Source: Clytia hemisphaerica (lineage: Eukaryota). Taken from it: a DNA stretch of 64,000 nucleotides. Numbering within the stretch: position 1 is the first letter of the stretch; the number at the start of each line of letters is the position of its first letter. The notes beneath the pieces are model-generated. The model was not told where the DNA came from, ran no database searches, and saw only the letters and a program-made list of their open reading frames with translations. The stretch is from contig NW_027104472.1 of NCBI RefSeq assembly GCF_902728285.1, forward strand, positions 1,063,681 to 1,127,680. The letters run 5' to 3'. Position numbers and translations under genes: made by a program. This document shows positions 27,801-39,700 of this stretch, piece after piece.

Positions 27801-30800
27801 AAAACCAAGCTGGCCGCGTAATTTATATAGGAAATAAGTGGCTTCAAGTCCTAAATTGGAAATACGATTCTCGCCTAAGGCTATACCTAATTGCCCCCCC
27901 CCTATCCGAAATGCTAAAAACCTATATAATTTTCATCCGTTCGTTCTTCAGCTCTCAAAAGAAGAAGATAACGGACCTGCCCATTCAGGTGAAGTCACTT
28001 CCATCGCCCTTCACAATAATGACACCATTGCTACAGCAGGGCGGGATGGGCGTATCAACCATTACATCAAGAATGAGCTAACCATGACATACGTAACACC
28101 TGATTTGTCACCAGTAACCACCCTTGCGTTTAGACCTGATGGTAAGCGTGTTTACTTTGGCACGAGTAGCGGTCGTATGGAATGGCTGTCGACCGATAAC
28201 ACGGATCATTGTGAATTTTATACCCGTGCAAACTGTCCAGTGTTGAGTATGGCGACGCAAGGGAGTTTGGTTTTCGTCTGCACCACAAGACAGTTGTACA
28301 TCTTCACCATCAATGGGAATACATTGTAAGTCTAAGATCTTATAGTGTAGCAAGCTAGATGACTAATTCAGACATAGTAGAAATAAAGCAAAAAGTAATG
28401 AAGGGAATTTTAGCCTTATACAAACTAAATCCCGTAACAATAATCGTATTACCATATAATGCCTATACTACTGTATTATACGTATTATAAACGACTCCAG
28501 TCTAAAGATCTTATAAAATCCATAAGTTACGCGATTCCTTTATAAGAAATAGTAAAATTTTCATGCTCAACTGCTCTTAGGAAATTTAGTGAATGCTTAA
28601 TAATTTATAGGGTTTAGTCACTATATTATGATTTGCGTATACATTTTTTTATAAGAACATTCAAAATGTTTGAAGCCTTCGGATGTTCTTAACTTTTTGA
28701 GTTTTTTCCTTCACCCGCATTCCGGAAACACTACATTTTTTTATTTTCGCCTTACTTATAATTAATATTTCGGCCATTGAAGCCTCACGCTCTTATATAG
28801 TTTGTTATTATAAAAAAACGTGACGATCTTGTACTTCTTTTTTCACCAGGTCCAAAACAAGAGAACTGTGCGTTAGTTCTCCGCACACGGAGGGTGACTT
28901 TGACAAAATCACTCAGATGCAGCCTCTACACAATAACATCCTGGCAACTAGTTTCAACAGAAGTTTGGTATTCTCACCTCAAATATTGATCAAACAAATG
29001 GACCGAATGCTGGTAAGATAGAGTCGATTAATTTTGCCGACGCCCCAATAATCTAGGACTTTTAGACAGTTTTTTGCTTGTTTTAACGGGGTCCACGAAA
29101 CTTAGCTTATCTCGCTTTTTGTAATGTCACGTGATGGCACGTGCGACACTTTTTCAACCAAAAGCACTCCATCTAGCCCTTCCTAAAGAAGTGAAGGTAG
29201 GTAAGGCTAGAAATGCGACTAGAAATGCAACATCCGAGCTGTTATAAGATTTTAGGCCTTGATTGTACGTTGTTTTTTTTTTCAGTCTAGATGTGTGATG
29301 TTTTGACGATTTGAAATTATAAGATGTCATTCGTTTGAATTTTTTTTTAGGTCGAATATTTTCATAATCCACAGACAATCTTCGTTGACAGAGATAGAGA
29401 CCACCAATCAACAGATGCTGCATTTTCATCGGCATGTTTGCAAAATGATGGGTATTATTTGATCTATACTGGTCAAGAGAGTGGATGTATTTCACTCAAG
29501 GTCACATCTGACACTGAAATGTCGAAAAAAACTCAACAGGATATTCTAAACGAGCCTTCACAATCTCGACGAAAAGAACGTGTTGAAAATGTCGATTTTA
29601 ACGGCTCTTATGGAGGGCGTGGTGGGCGTCGTGGTAGAGGCGGATTTGGAAGAGGTCGAGGTCGAGGTCGTGGTGGGCGTTTGTATAGTCCGCCAAGTTC
29701 AGATGCTGATGAGTGGGATAGAGGTGAGTTTCCATTAAAGTTTCTTATACAAATAATTTACATATTTTGATATTTATGTATAGACAACAGTGTATCGAGA
29801 ACTAACTGATAATTATCATTATTATTACCATACTGATGCCCGCAATGCAGTTGTAGATATATTTCATCGTGAAGCGGTTATAATTTGGTTCCTTATTGGG
29901 CCCCCGGCGGTTTGCGTGAATGCGTGAATGGGCTTTTTCACTTGCGTGAATGTGTGAAAATTGAATTGGAAAACTTTGCTTGAACAAAAATTGCTTGAAT
30001 TGCGAAAAAACATCGTGTGAATGCGTGAATAGACGATATCGGCTTAACGTGAAAACTCAGATTTGATCCCCGTATATTGCCCACAATGCTTTGCGCGAAA
30101 AAAAGTTCACGCTGAAATTTTTTCCGCACAAAGCATTGTGGGCAATATTCGGGATCAAACCTGGGTTTTCACGTTAAGCCGATATCGTCTATTGGGAAAG
30201 GAATTTGCTTGATTGCGTAAATTGAAGGTCCGCTGCAACGGACTCCTTATCACTCGAATTTCTTGTGATTCCATTTATTTGATTAGACAACAGTTAAAAA
30301 AAGTTTGCCTCCATACACACAGATTTCTCTGAAAAATACTCTTTTCACTAACGCCTGTAGGCCCAGTGGAAGATGACTGGGGCCCGCCCAACCCTATAGA
30401 TGATGGGGACTGGGGACGAACGGATGAAGAAATCAAAAAACAAGATGAGCTTTATGAACGTGATCTTGAAATGGAAGACCTGTGCAATTCATCAAGAAAG
30501 GTTTGTTGAATAATTGTTTTTACAAACATTTTTTTTTACATTGGCTTTGATCACTGACCTTTATATATTATATAAAAAGTTCAGTGGCTTTGATAGAGTA
30601 AAGAAAAGTTTTTCAAATGATTATCCAGATGATAGTGAACAGCCTATAGTTATGTAATATTTCCATTATGGAAACACGCCCCTTCTCGCAGACCCGGTGG
30701 GATTTTTCAGCCATTGGGGATAAAACTAACAGACTGAAACTCATTTTATGGCTGGGGATTTCAATTCTTTTGTTTTCAAGTCAGAAAACTCAGTGGGGAT

Positions 30801-32186
30801 GGGAAAAAATATTGAATATTTTGCCTTGAGGATTGGTTTATTTGATTATTTTCAGTGGGGAACAAAAATTGGACAATAATTTTCCACTGGGGACGATATT
30901 TTGGCCATTTTTTTCAGACTTTCCTCACGCTCGATTGTGTTTCACTTCTCGTGCAAATTCGTTAAAAATTAGAAACAATGTAAGTTGTTCCCGGGGGAAA
31001 AAAATTCTTGAAAATTATTTTATGAAAAGGAGTCCTTTATAATGGAACTTAATTCAAAGAAGAAATGAATTCCATAGTGTGCAAGGGGGTTCCAGGTCCC
31101 ACCTTAAAATTCAGGTCCCACCTAACTCTAAAACTCCCAGACTCCCAGATCCCAGCTAAAAATGCTATCCCCACGAAAAATTATACTAATTCGATGAACG
31201 AAATAAAAATTCTTACAGTATGATAATAAAAAGGAGAAAGGTTTATAGTAAAGGAATTATTTATATGATACAAAATTTACCCACCTTAACTTGTTTCTCC
31301 CACATAAAACCTGAAAATTTCCAAATCCCACCTGGAAATTTTCGACCCAAAACACCGAGCCTCTCCCCCCCCCACTATTCTTCTGGGGGAGTGCACGCTA
31401 TGAATTCAGTGGAACGACAATCGAGCCAATCGGATATTACCTAGAACTCCGTTTGTCAAAGACCTTCTAATTAGTAGCATCTCCTTTGTTTTGTATTTCA
31501 GATCCACGATAGTGCCGTGACCGGGATTCTCATTTATGATGACGTCATCGTGACATCATCAAAAGATGCAACAATTAAAGTTTGGAAATATGCGAGTAAT
31601 GCGAACCGGAATCTTGAACACATTCACCAGGTTTGTTAATAAATCTCATGTTTAAAATGTTTTGTCAATGGCTAGAGGTATTAAGAGTTTAACTCAAACC
31701 TTCGGCAGTAGCGTAGCCAAGAAGGGCGCAAAATTTGTGTAGAAGAGCAGATTTTTATGACACTGTAATTATCTATTACTACCATAAATATGGGGACGAA
31801 ATGGAGTTTTTACAAGCTCTTATTAGATTTGGTTTGGTTGGTCGTTAACCAGTAATAAAACAATTTTTTTACTTTTTCTAAAGAACACGTCATTTTTATT
31901 AGTTCAAATGACCAATTATTAAAGTATCTTATAGAAACTCCATCTCATCTGCAATCTGGATTCTAGAAGCAGTAAGGAAATTTGAAATATTATTATTCCT
32001 AGTTCTAAAGGTTCTGTAGTCCGAAAAATGAACTGAAATTTTGTTGTTGATTGTCATTCACAGATTGGTTTGTTCTCGTGTCGTTCATCAGTCATTTCTA
32101 TGGCAGGATATGGCGATTCAGATGGAGTTCATCTGATTGTTGGTGATCGTATTGGGAATGTAGAGTTTCTGAAATTAAATATTTAA
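12852..32186 (+). CDS. WD40-repeat protein C-terminal region (TEP1/NWD1/APAF1-like, about 20 WD repeats, about 1090 aa). Exons: 12852-12947, 15691-15812, 18033-18291, 18600-18722, 19837-19935, 20613-20875, 21487-21636, 22161-22362, 22834-23079, 24142-24292, 25128-25267, 27097-27216, 27952-28325, 28850-29012, 29351-29723, 30361-30500, 31502-31630, 32064-32186 (stop TAA 32184-32186).
   Basis: Every exon is bounded by Y-rich..AG and GT(A/G)AGT-like signals. Intron phases are consistent across all 17 junctions (0,2,0,0,0,2,2,0,0,1,0,0,2,0,1,0,0). The translations carry classic WD signatures: DGKHVACGTEDGHVFVYD, GHSGAITACC..SASTDSNISIWDL, LVTVSLDKTARLWNV, GHKSSVRALAYSPNGSYLASSGLNGELLLWS, LFGASDDSSIK, VTASDDYKIIQW, SSSKDCSLRVWN, GHTGIVTGC, VVTGSNDFKLKLWN, SSADGHVKVWN, FTASDDGTT, GSLDETIKVWDF, ATAGRDGRI, SSKDATIKVWK. 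The supplied ORF track covers several of these exons (18636, 20658, 22876, 27838). Confidence 0.8.
14405..15240. mobile_element. TIR element (about 835 bp) with about 70-bp terminal inverted repeats. It abuts a second MITE at 15270-15600 that carries internal AGTCTGGAAAA tandem repeats and CAGGGTTGCCACG termini.
   Basis: cagttttcgggttggtctaaaaagcagggtagccaattggggtagccaattgggctaggttgtggggtacc (14410-14478) matches the reverse complement of ggtaccccataacctagcccaattggctaccccattggctaccctgctttttagaccaacccacagtttt (15172-15240). For the second MITE, acgcagggttgccacg at about 15262 is inverted at cgtggcaaccctgtaacg at about 15585. Confidence 0.6.
16020..17940. mobile_element. Foldback-like element. 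It is a roughly 1.9 kb near-perfect palindrome whose arms are built from a GGTAACA-type microsatellite and a 30-bp minisatellite (unit GAATGCAATGATGGAATCAATGGTGCTGGT). The outer ends are shared with a MITE family (CACCCCCTTCTCACAGACCC...GGGTCTGTGAGAAGGGGGTG). It lies in the WD40 gene intron.
   Basis: The left arm 16020-16865 is the reverse complement of the right arm 16875-17940. The ends are cttctcacagacccacaggg / gggtctgtgagaagggggtg. Inner matches are ggtaacacagggtaacacatgg... vs ...gttaccctgttaccctagtgttaccc, and 14 forward vs about 26 inverted copies of the 30-bp unit. The same end sequences flank 270-bp MITEs at 61520-61790 and 30670-30930. Confidence 0.75.
21776..22000. mobile_element. 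Roughly 225-bp MITE with GGTCTC..GCAATTGCAC / GTGCGATCGCA..GTGGAGACCGGC ends. An inverted-orientation copy lies at about 12105-12364, and a fragment at 43060-43140.
   Basis: The reverse complement of 21776-22000 aligns along its length with 12110-12364 (e.g. catttttatgacgtaatcttttttccaagcaaaaaggattgaagc and gcactttttcgagcaaag). Confidence 0.6.
24350..24740. repeat. ATCGAT-rich satellite with degenerate 10-30 bp units (tatcgattgttatcgacgaactatcgat...) in the WD40 gene intron.
   Basis: There are dozens of ATCGAT/ATCGAC palindromic cores spaced 8-12 bp apart, and a higher-order repeat gttatcgacgaactatcgattgttatcgacgaactgtcgattgttatcgacgaac. Confidence 0.7.
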
Positions 32187-34189
32187 AATTTGAAATGTTT
32201 GAATGTTTTTTGGTGTTTTAGGCTATCTTTTTATCTGGCTTAACGCATTTTTTTTTATATAGACCAGATCGCTAAACTCGAGTCCTAAATATTTTTCCCG
32301 AGATTTCTCGTAAATGAAAAGCTCTTTATATAATGAAACTGTCGGAAAGGACAGACTTCAAGCCAATGTGCGAAAATACTAGTTCTTAAAGATGGTCGCA
32401 GTTCTTAAAGCGAAATGTTTCTTACAGAAATTTGAACATATACGGTATTGAGTTTTATCCAACGAATAATTTAAAGCAAAATACTTGATTTATAAAATCG
32501 TACAAATTTGTTCTCGTTTAATCATATTTCTTTAATTTGTTTCCACTTTAGATCAAATTTATATTAAGAATATATCAAACATTCATAAGCACATCTAAAC
32601 CACTTAGAAAATTGAAATTAAATATAATTTATAAATTCTGACCAATACAGAATAAACTAGTCTGTACACAGACCCGATATCTACGGCTAATTTCAAAATT
32701 CATTGCCGTATAGGGTCTGTTGTCATTGTATTTTCTGATTTAAGATTTTCCAAACCAACCGCTGTGATGGTGTGAGAGGGGGGAGACTATGAGGAAAGTG
32801 TTGCTATTTATAAATCAAACGTCATCGCAGAGGTTTCCGTACGGCAATATTTTTCATCAAACAGACCATGCGCACAGAGTGTACTACGAATGAATTTTAC
32901 AGGAAAAATTTAGAATTTTTGTGACACTTTTATAATTTTTTTGTATTTTTTTGTAAATTCTGTTATGTTCAGTCTTTTTGTATTGGAATTAATATATAGG
33001 TGTTGATAGACCTTTTTCATAAATTACGTCATGAATATCACTTGCCTCGTATTCAAACAATTGCCATGGTGATTACGTCCCTTGAGACATAAAATGATTT
33101 TTTTATGAATCTAGAAAGTATTTTTGATAAAATATCCACTGGGAGTTAATCACCATGACAATAATTTCGAAACGAGGCATATGATGTTCGTAACGTAATT
33201 TATGAAAAGGTCTATGTATTTTCTAATTGATTTTGTACTTTTGTAGGTCGTGGCGTCAAAATATTGCACTAAATTATGATTTTCAATTTAGCTTATGTCT
33301 TTTTCTTATTGCGAAGCGAATATACATGAGCGAAGCAGTTTTGCTATAGTGTGTGCGTACCTTTAAACTCTATATACCAGGGAAGCGCAAGACGAAAACG
33401 AAAATTTAGTTCCCATCTGTTAAATGTAGATAAGTATTTCGTTCAAGGTTGTGTTTCTCGTCCAAATAAAGGTATCAATCTCGGTTTGGTAGATGGTTTC
33501 GTTAATAAAAAATTTATCTTGACGGCACCGAAAATGTTCGAGTTAGGGCTTTTTGCTTTTTTCCAAAAGAGACATTTCGTCGTTTCCGTATATTTTGTAT
33601 CTCTTCCTTCACCTATGAGACAGCTGATTGGTTGATACTTTCGTACTATCAGACAACTGATTGGTTGATTTTTTCGATCTTTTTGTTTTTATTTATCGAA
33701 ACCATTTTGTGAATTTTTTATACGAAGAATATTTCCTGGAAGAATTTTATCGACCTGGAAGCTTTAGGAAAACTCTACCAACTACAGTTTAGTGAATTTA
33801 TTGCTCTGCTGTAGCGATTATCATTTGGAAAAATCATATAATCAGTTTCATCTACCATAACATTTTGGATTCAACAAAACCCAACACAACACATAACTTT
33901 GTGCACCAACAGGGAAGTATATATTTGTTGACTTTTTCCTCAATCACTTTTAGCAGTGGGAAGGAAATTGCACTCCACCTTTTACAATCATAGTTTTCTT
34001 TTCACTTGAGAGAAATTTTTCTTGACACAAGAGTTACATTTCCCAACATCCTGTCTGTCTGTCTGTCTGTAACTATCTGATCTGATTAAGAAATATCAAC
34101 ACTGACACTTTTTAAATAAAAAATTTGACGTCCGACTAAAACAGAACAGTCCTAAATATCCACTATTTCTATATTTCTCTCATCGTGTT

Positions 34190-34740
34190 CATCAAAATGT
34201 CAGGACAATCAAGACTTTTTCCACTAGGGCTAAAAAATTTGGGCCAAAATGTCTGCTTTTTTAATTCTGTTATTCAAGCATTAAAAATATTCTGTCGAAA
34301 GTTTTCGTGACTTTGTTTATAATTTTGACATTAACTGTGGTAACCCAGGAAAGTTAATGATTAGGGAATTTTTTATCGCTATGACATCATCAATGCACGG
34401 ATTGAAACATACCATTTGATTCCTTCTTTTTGTCTTGGGCCGGATTATGATCACAGTCGCTTACAACAGTTTGATGCTCAAGAATGTCTAATATATTTGC
34501 TGTACCAAATTTATGATTTAAATCTAAGTTCTGCACCAGAAGAATCTGTTTTTACCACATCTAGCTTAGAGTCTATATTATGTCAAACATGTTACAATGC
34601 TTCAGAGAAAACTACATATGAAACTATCTGTCATATTGAATTTCCTAATCGTTTTAACCATCATTCAATAAAAAATGAAGTTTCAAGATTAGTTAATGAC
34701 CCACATGGAGAGTTGCTTCAAGACGCACAATAGCTACGAA
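34190..34740 (+). pseudogene. Decayed ubiquitin-specific protease (USP/UCH2 family) fragment with a frameshift between the Cys-box and the QQD-box.
   Basis: One frame at about 34197-34300 gives GLKNLGQNVCFFNSVIQALKIFC (USP Cys-box, G-L-x-N-x-G-N-T-C-[YF]-x-N-S). The ORF 34416-34733 in another frame gives ...HSRLQQFDAQECLIYLL (QQDAQEFL box). Multiple stops and shifts follow. Confidence 0.5.
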
Positions 34741-36740
34741 AAGTAAAACAATTATCAACATATCTGAATATTTGATTGTCTCACTAAAAATATTTTGCTA
34801 TGATCAGGCATCAAACACTTCAAGAAAACTAGTTCCCAACCTCAATATTGAAACTCATTTTGAAAATGCATTACTAGGGAATCTAAATTTGTTTCTTGAT
34901 TGCGAAAACAGGACAATTTTATAACTTTCACTGACTTAGGTTAGTTTTAACTCAACCTTGGAGCAAAATGGACTGATTGATAATTGGATTTCACTGAGTT
35001 CTTCTTCTTCTACAACATTGACTTAATTGGCAAGTGAAAACGTAAATTAGAAAAAGGTGAACCGGGGGATGGAAACGAGGTGAACTCATCTGGTAAACTG
35101 GCTGAATCGAGGAAAACCCAGCTTCTGCAGAACTTACTTTGAAATGTTCTTTGTGCATTTTGAACGTGGAAAAGTTTTGTTGTCAACATACTTGAAAATT
35201 TTCTTAACTTTTGCCATGAACCTTTGAACCTTCTTTGACATGCCTTTTGTAAAACATGGAAAATTTTTTGTCATCAACTATAAAAATTTTCCTCCATATC
35301 TGTTTAAAATGTGAAAAACCTTTGTTGCTTATGAGTTAGTTCATCTAATCTTTACAGTTCACCCAAATAGAGACTTATTCGCATGCATAATTTTGCGTTC
35401 TTTTAACCACATGTAGTTAATTCCTGTTACAAAAAATGATGAATGAATCTGTAGGGGTGGTACAGTCACTTTCGGTCGGGGTTGTGGATGGCAAAATATG
35501 TTGTTCTTTGATTAGTTAGGGTTTGTTGTTCTTTTTTTGTTGCTTTTTGATAGATATTTGTCGTTCTTTTTAGATGGACTGGAAACGTTAGATTAAAACA
35601 GTCTCTTTTCTCCTTTTTTTCGCATACCTTACAAATGTGGAAATAACTTCTGTCTTGAACTTGGTACTATATAATTGTGTTTTCAATGTGGAAAGCTGTC
35701 AATTTGGAAATTTCTTCCACGTTTGTCTAATACTCTTGGTTAGTCGGGGGGTTTGGAATAAGCAGGGTGCAGGGGGGTAGGAAGAAATCTCAAATTTTAA
35801 TAAACGAATGGGGGTTGGAAAATTTTGGAAAAATTAATTAGCAGCCCCACCTCCCGGCTACCGTAACTTGGTCTAATGTCAACATCCCTCCACTAATTCC
35901 GACACCCTTTTTATGGCATGTCGATATTAGACCAACTTACGGTATTAGGTATCCGAGAGTATGGGAAACTTTTGTTGTCGACTTGAAGTTTTCTTCCACA
36001 TGCGTTTTTTTCCCTTTGGGCATTCTTTCAGATTACAAAAATGTTTCCCATAAGATTTTTTCCCTCTTTGCAATCTGTTGGAAATTATGAATATGAAATT
36101 GCTTTTTTCTGTTTTGAAAGTTTTTTCCTTTTTTTAACATTATTTGTATATTATGATAATGCAAAATGACTTTTTTGTGAAGGTGAAGCGTGACGCTACA
36201 GATCAAATCTGTGTTTTGACTGGACTCACCAACCTTTATGCTTATAAGGGAACAGTTTGTTTTTCATTATTTTTAATTCAAAATGCCCTGAATGTGTTAC
36301 TGTATGTAGTGTTTTCATCTTACTTTTCTTATATTGTTGTTTTTAAACTTTTTGCTATTTATTCTAGAAAATGAAAAATAGAACGGTTGAAGCTTCATTT
36401 TTCATCAATGAGAGAATCTACAGATGTCATTTTTATAGAGAGGGACTATAAAATTTTTGCGAATGATAGGATATTCGGAAAGACTGCAACGAATGTATTA
36501 AGTAAAACTTCACAAATGCCATTGAATATACAGTGTTTGTATGTCTTAAATTTTTTTGCTTGCAACTTGCGAATCGAGGAGGCTCTGGATCGCTTCGCAA
36601 CTTTTATATATATACGGCTTGTTGATTAATTTTCCCCATTAATTTATTATATATAAATAAAACCTGAAACTTAATTTTCTCCGCCAAACAATGGACTTTT
36701 CATCTTACCTTGACAATAGACCTTATCGGAGTTTTTGATT

Positions 36741-39700
36741 TTTGCGAAGCGAATATACATGAGCGAAGCAGTTTTGCTATAGTGTGCATGTACCTTTAAA
36801 TTCTATATACCCAGGGGAGCGCAAGACGAAAACGAAAATTTAGTTCCCATCTGTTAAATGTGGGTTAAGTATTCAGATCCCGGTTGTTTTCGTCCAGATA
36901 AGAGGCGTTACAATATCGGTTTGGTATATTGTATTTAGGATGGCTTCGTCGAGAAAAAGAACCACTCTACGGCGCCGAAAATCTCCGAGTCAGGGCAACT
37001 TCCATAAAAGATATTCCGTCGTTCCCGTACATTTTTAGCTTCTTTACTCCCGCTCCATATCAGAAAGCTGATTGGTTCGGAAAACCAGCGCGCGGTCGAA
37101 GCGTTCAAAAAACTCAAACTCTCTCTCTGCTCTCATGGTGCCCCCTTTTAAGAAGTCGCTGCATTGACTCGAGCATTGAAAACACAGACACATTCGAACC
37201 TTCGAATCTTTCCAATTTCGAATGTTTACTTTTTTGTGAGAAATAAAAATGAAACGTTGAATGTTTTAAAAAAGTTGAAGAGGTGTAAGATGTTGGTTGA
37301 AAAGAAGAAGCTGAAACTGTAGCAAAGAGAAAGAACAGAAGAAAGAAGATCGAAATTTTTATTGTTTCGTCTGGTTTCATTGACAAGACAGGCTCAACAG
37401 AGTTGTTGTGTCATTTCCAGAAAAGGAAAGCTGAAAAATGACCTGCATACGTGGTGAAAAAACCTTTTTTGCAAAGCAGCGAATATAACTATAAGAGAGT
37501 GAGCAAGAACATGAACTTGGCCTTTTTGCATGCTTTGAAATGGGGACGAACATATTCAAGTTATGGATAATCTGGAAGAATTTATCCCTCCTCTTATTCA
37601 GTGGAAAAGAGAACTGATTGTTTGTCGTTGTTCTTGAAATCTTGACTTGGCTGCTCGAAAATATGTGGGCTCTGGTTGCTTGCTGTTATAAATATGCATT
37701 TGATGGCCAGGATAAAGTAACTATTGAGGAAACATATGATTGTAAAAAGGATTTTAGAAATTGCTGGAAATGAAAATGACTTTAAAATATCAAAATATGT
37801 GTCCATGAACAAATCTTGACAGTTATCATCAAAACATGATATTATGGATATTTATGATGTACTTTTAACTGTTTTAAATTTCTGTTATTCTAATGTGAAG
37901 AGTTTGCTCCTAAATCAATGGTAAAACTGTCAAACATTTGTCTCCAGCAGATTTAAGATTAAAAACCCTATAGGCTTCACCACTTTGGAAAATACAGCCA
38001 TTATAAAAATGTTGAGGTTTTTTGCTTAGTTGTTGAATCAAACCCTGGTCGAAGGAATTGTAGGAATCTTCTTAAATTTTAGTTCTTTTTCTCTGGTTTT
38101 TCTTTATATTTATCTTTAGGATTTTATACCACTAATAGTTTTATTATAATTATAGAACCTAAACTTTTTGCGAAGCGAATATACATGAGCGAAGCAGTTT
38201 TGCTATAGTGTGCATGTACCTTTAAATTCTATATACCCAGGGGAGCGCAAGACGAAAACGAAAATTTAGTTCCCATCTGTTAAATGTGGGTTAAGTATTC
38301 AGATCCCGGTTGTTTTCGTCCAGGTAAGAGGCGTTACAATATCGGTTTGGTAGATTGTATTTAGGATGGCTTCGTCGAGAAAAAGAACCACTCTACGGCG
38401 CCGAAAATCTCCGAGTCAGGGCAACTTCCATAAAAGATATTCCCTCGTTCCCGTACATTTTTAGCTTCTTTACTCCCGCTCCATATCAGAAAGCTGATTG
38501 GTTCGGAAAACCAGCGCGCGGTCGAAGCGTTCAAATATCAGAAAGCTGATTGGTTCGGAAAACCAGTGCGCGGTCGAAGCGTTCAAAAAACTCAAACTCT
38601 CTCTCTGCTCTCATGGTGCCCCCTTTTAAGAAGTCGCTGCATTGATTCGAGCATTGAAAAAACAGACACTTTCGAACCTTCGAATCTTTCCAATTTCGAA
38701 TGTTTACTTTTTTGTGAAAAATAAAAATGAAACGTTGAATGTTTTGAAAATGTTGAAGAGGTGTAAGATGTTGGTTGAAAAGAACGGAAAGAAGCTGAAA
38801 CTGTAGCAAAGAGAAAGAACAGAAGAAAGAAGATGGGAATTTTTATTGTTTCATCTGGTTTCATTAACAAGACAGACTCAACAGAGTTGTTGTTGGTTGT
38901 GTCATTTCCAGAAAAGGAAAGCTGAAAAATGACCTGCATACGTGGTGAAAAAACCTTTTTTGCAAAGCAGCAAATATAACTATAAGAGAGTGAGCAAGAA
39001 CATGAACTTGGCCGTTTTGCATGCTTTGAAATGGGGACGAACATATTCAAGTTATGGATAATCTGGAAGAATTTATCCCTCTTTATATTCAGTGAAAAAG
39101 AGAACTGATTGTTTGTCGTTGTTCTTGAAATCTTGACTTGGCTGCTCGAAAATATGTGGGCTCTGGTTGCTTGCTGTTATAAATATGCATTTGATGGCCA
39201 GGATAAAGTAACTATTGAGGAAACATATGATTGTAAAAAGGATTTTAGAAATTGCTGCTGGAAATGAAAATGACTTGTAAAATATCGAAATATGTGTCCA
39301 TGAACAAATCTTGACAGTTATCATCAAAACATGATATTATGGATATTTATGATGTACTTTTAACTGTTTTAAATTTCTGTGCTACAGCTGATAAAATTAT
39401 TCTAATGTGAAGAGTTTGCTCCTAAATCAATGGTAAGACTGTCAAACATTTCTCTCTCAACCCTATATATAGGCTTCACCACTTTGGAAAATACATCCAT
39501 TATAAAAATGTTGAGGTTTTTTGCTTAATTGTTCAATCAAACCCTGGTCGAAGGAATTGTAGGAATCTTCTTAAATTTTAGTTTTTTTTTCTCTGGTTTT
39601 TCTTTATATTTATCTTTAGGATTTTATACCACTAATAGTTTTATTATAATTATAGAACCTAAACTTTTAAATTTTTGTGTATAAATAATGATGTAACTTG

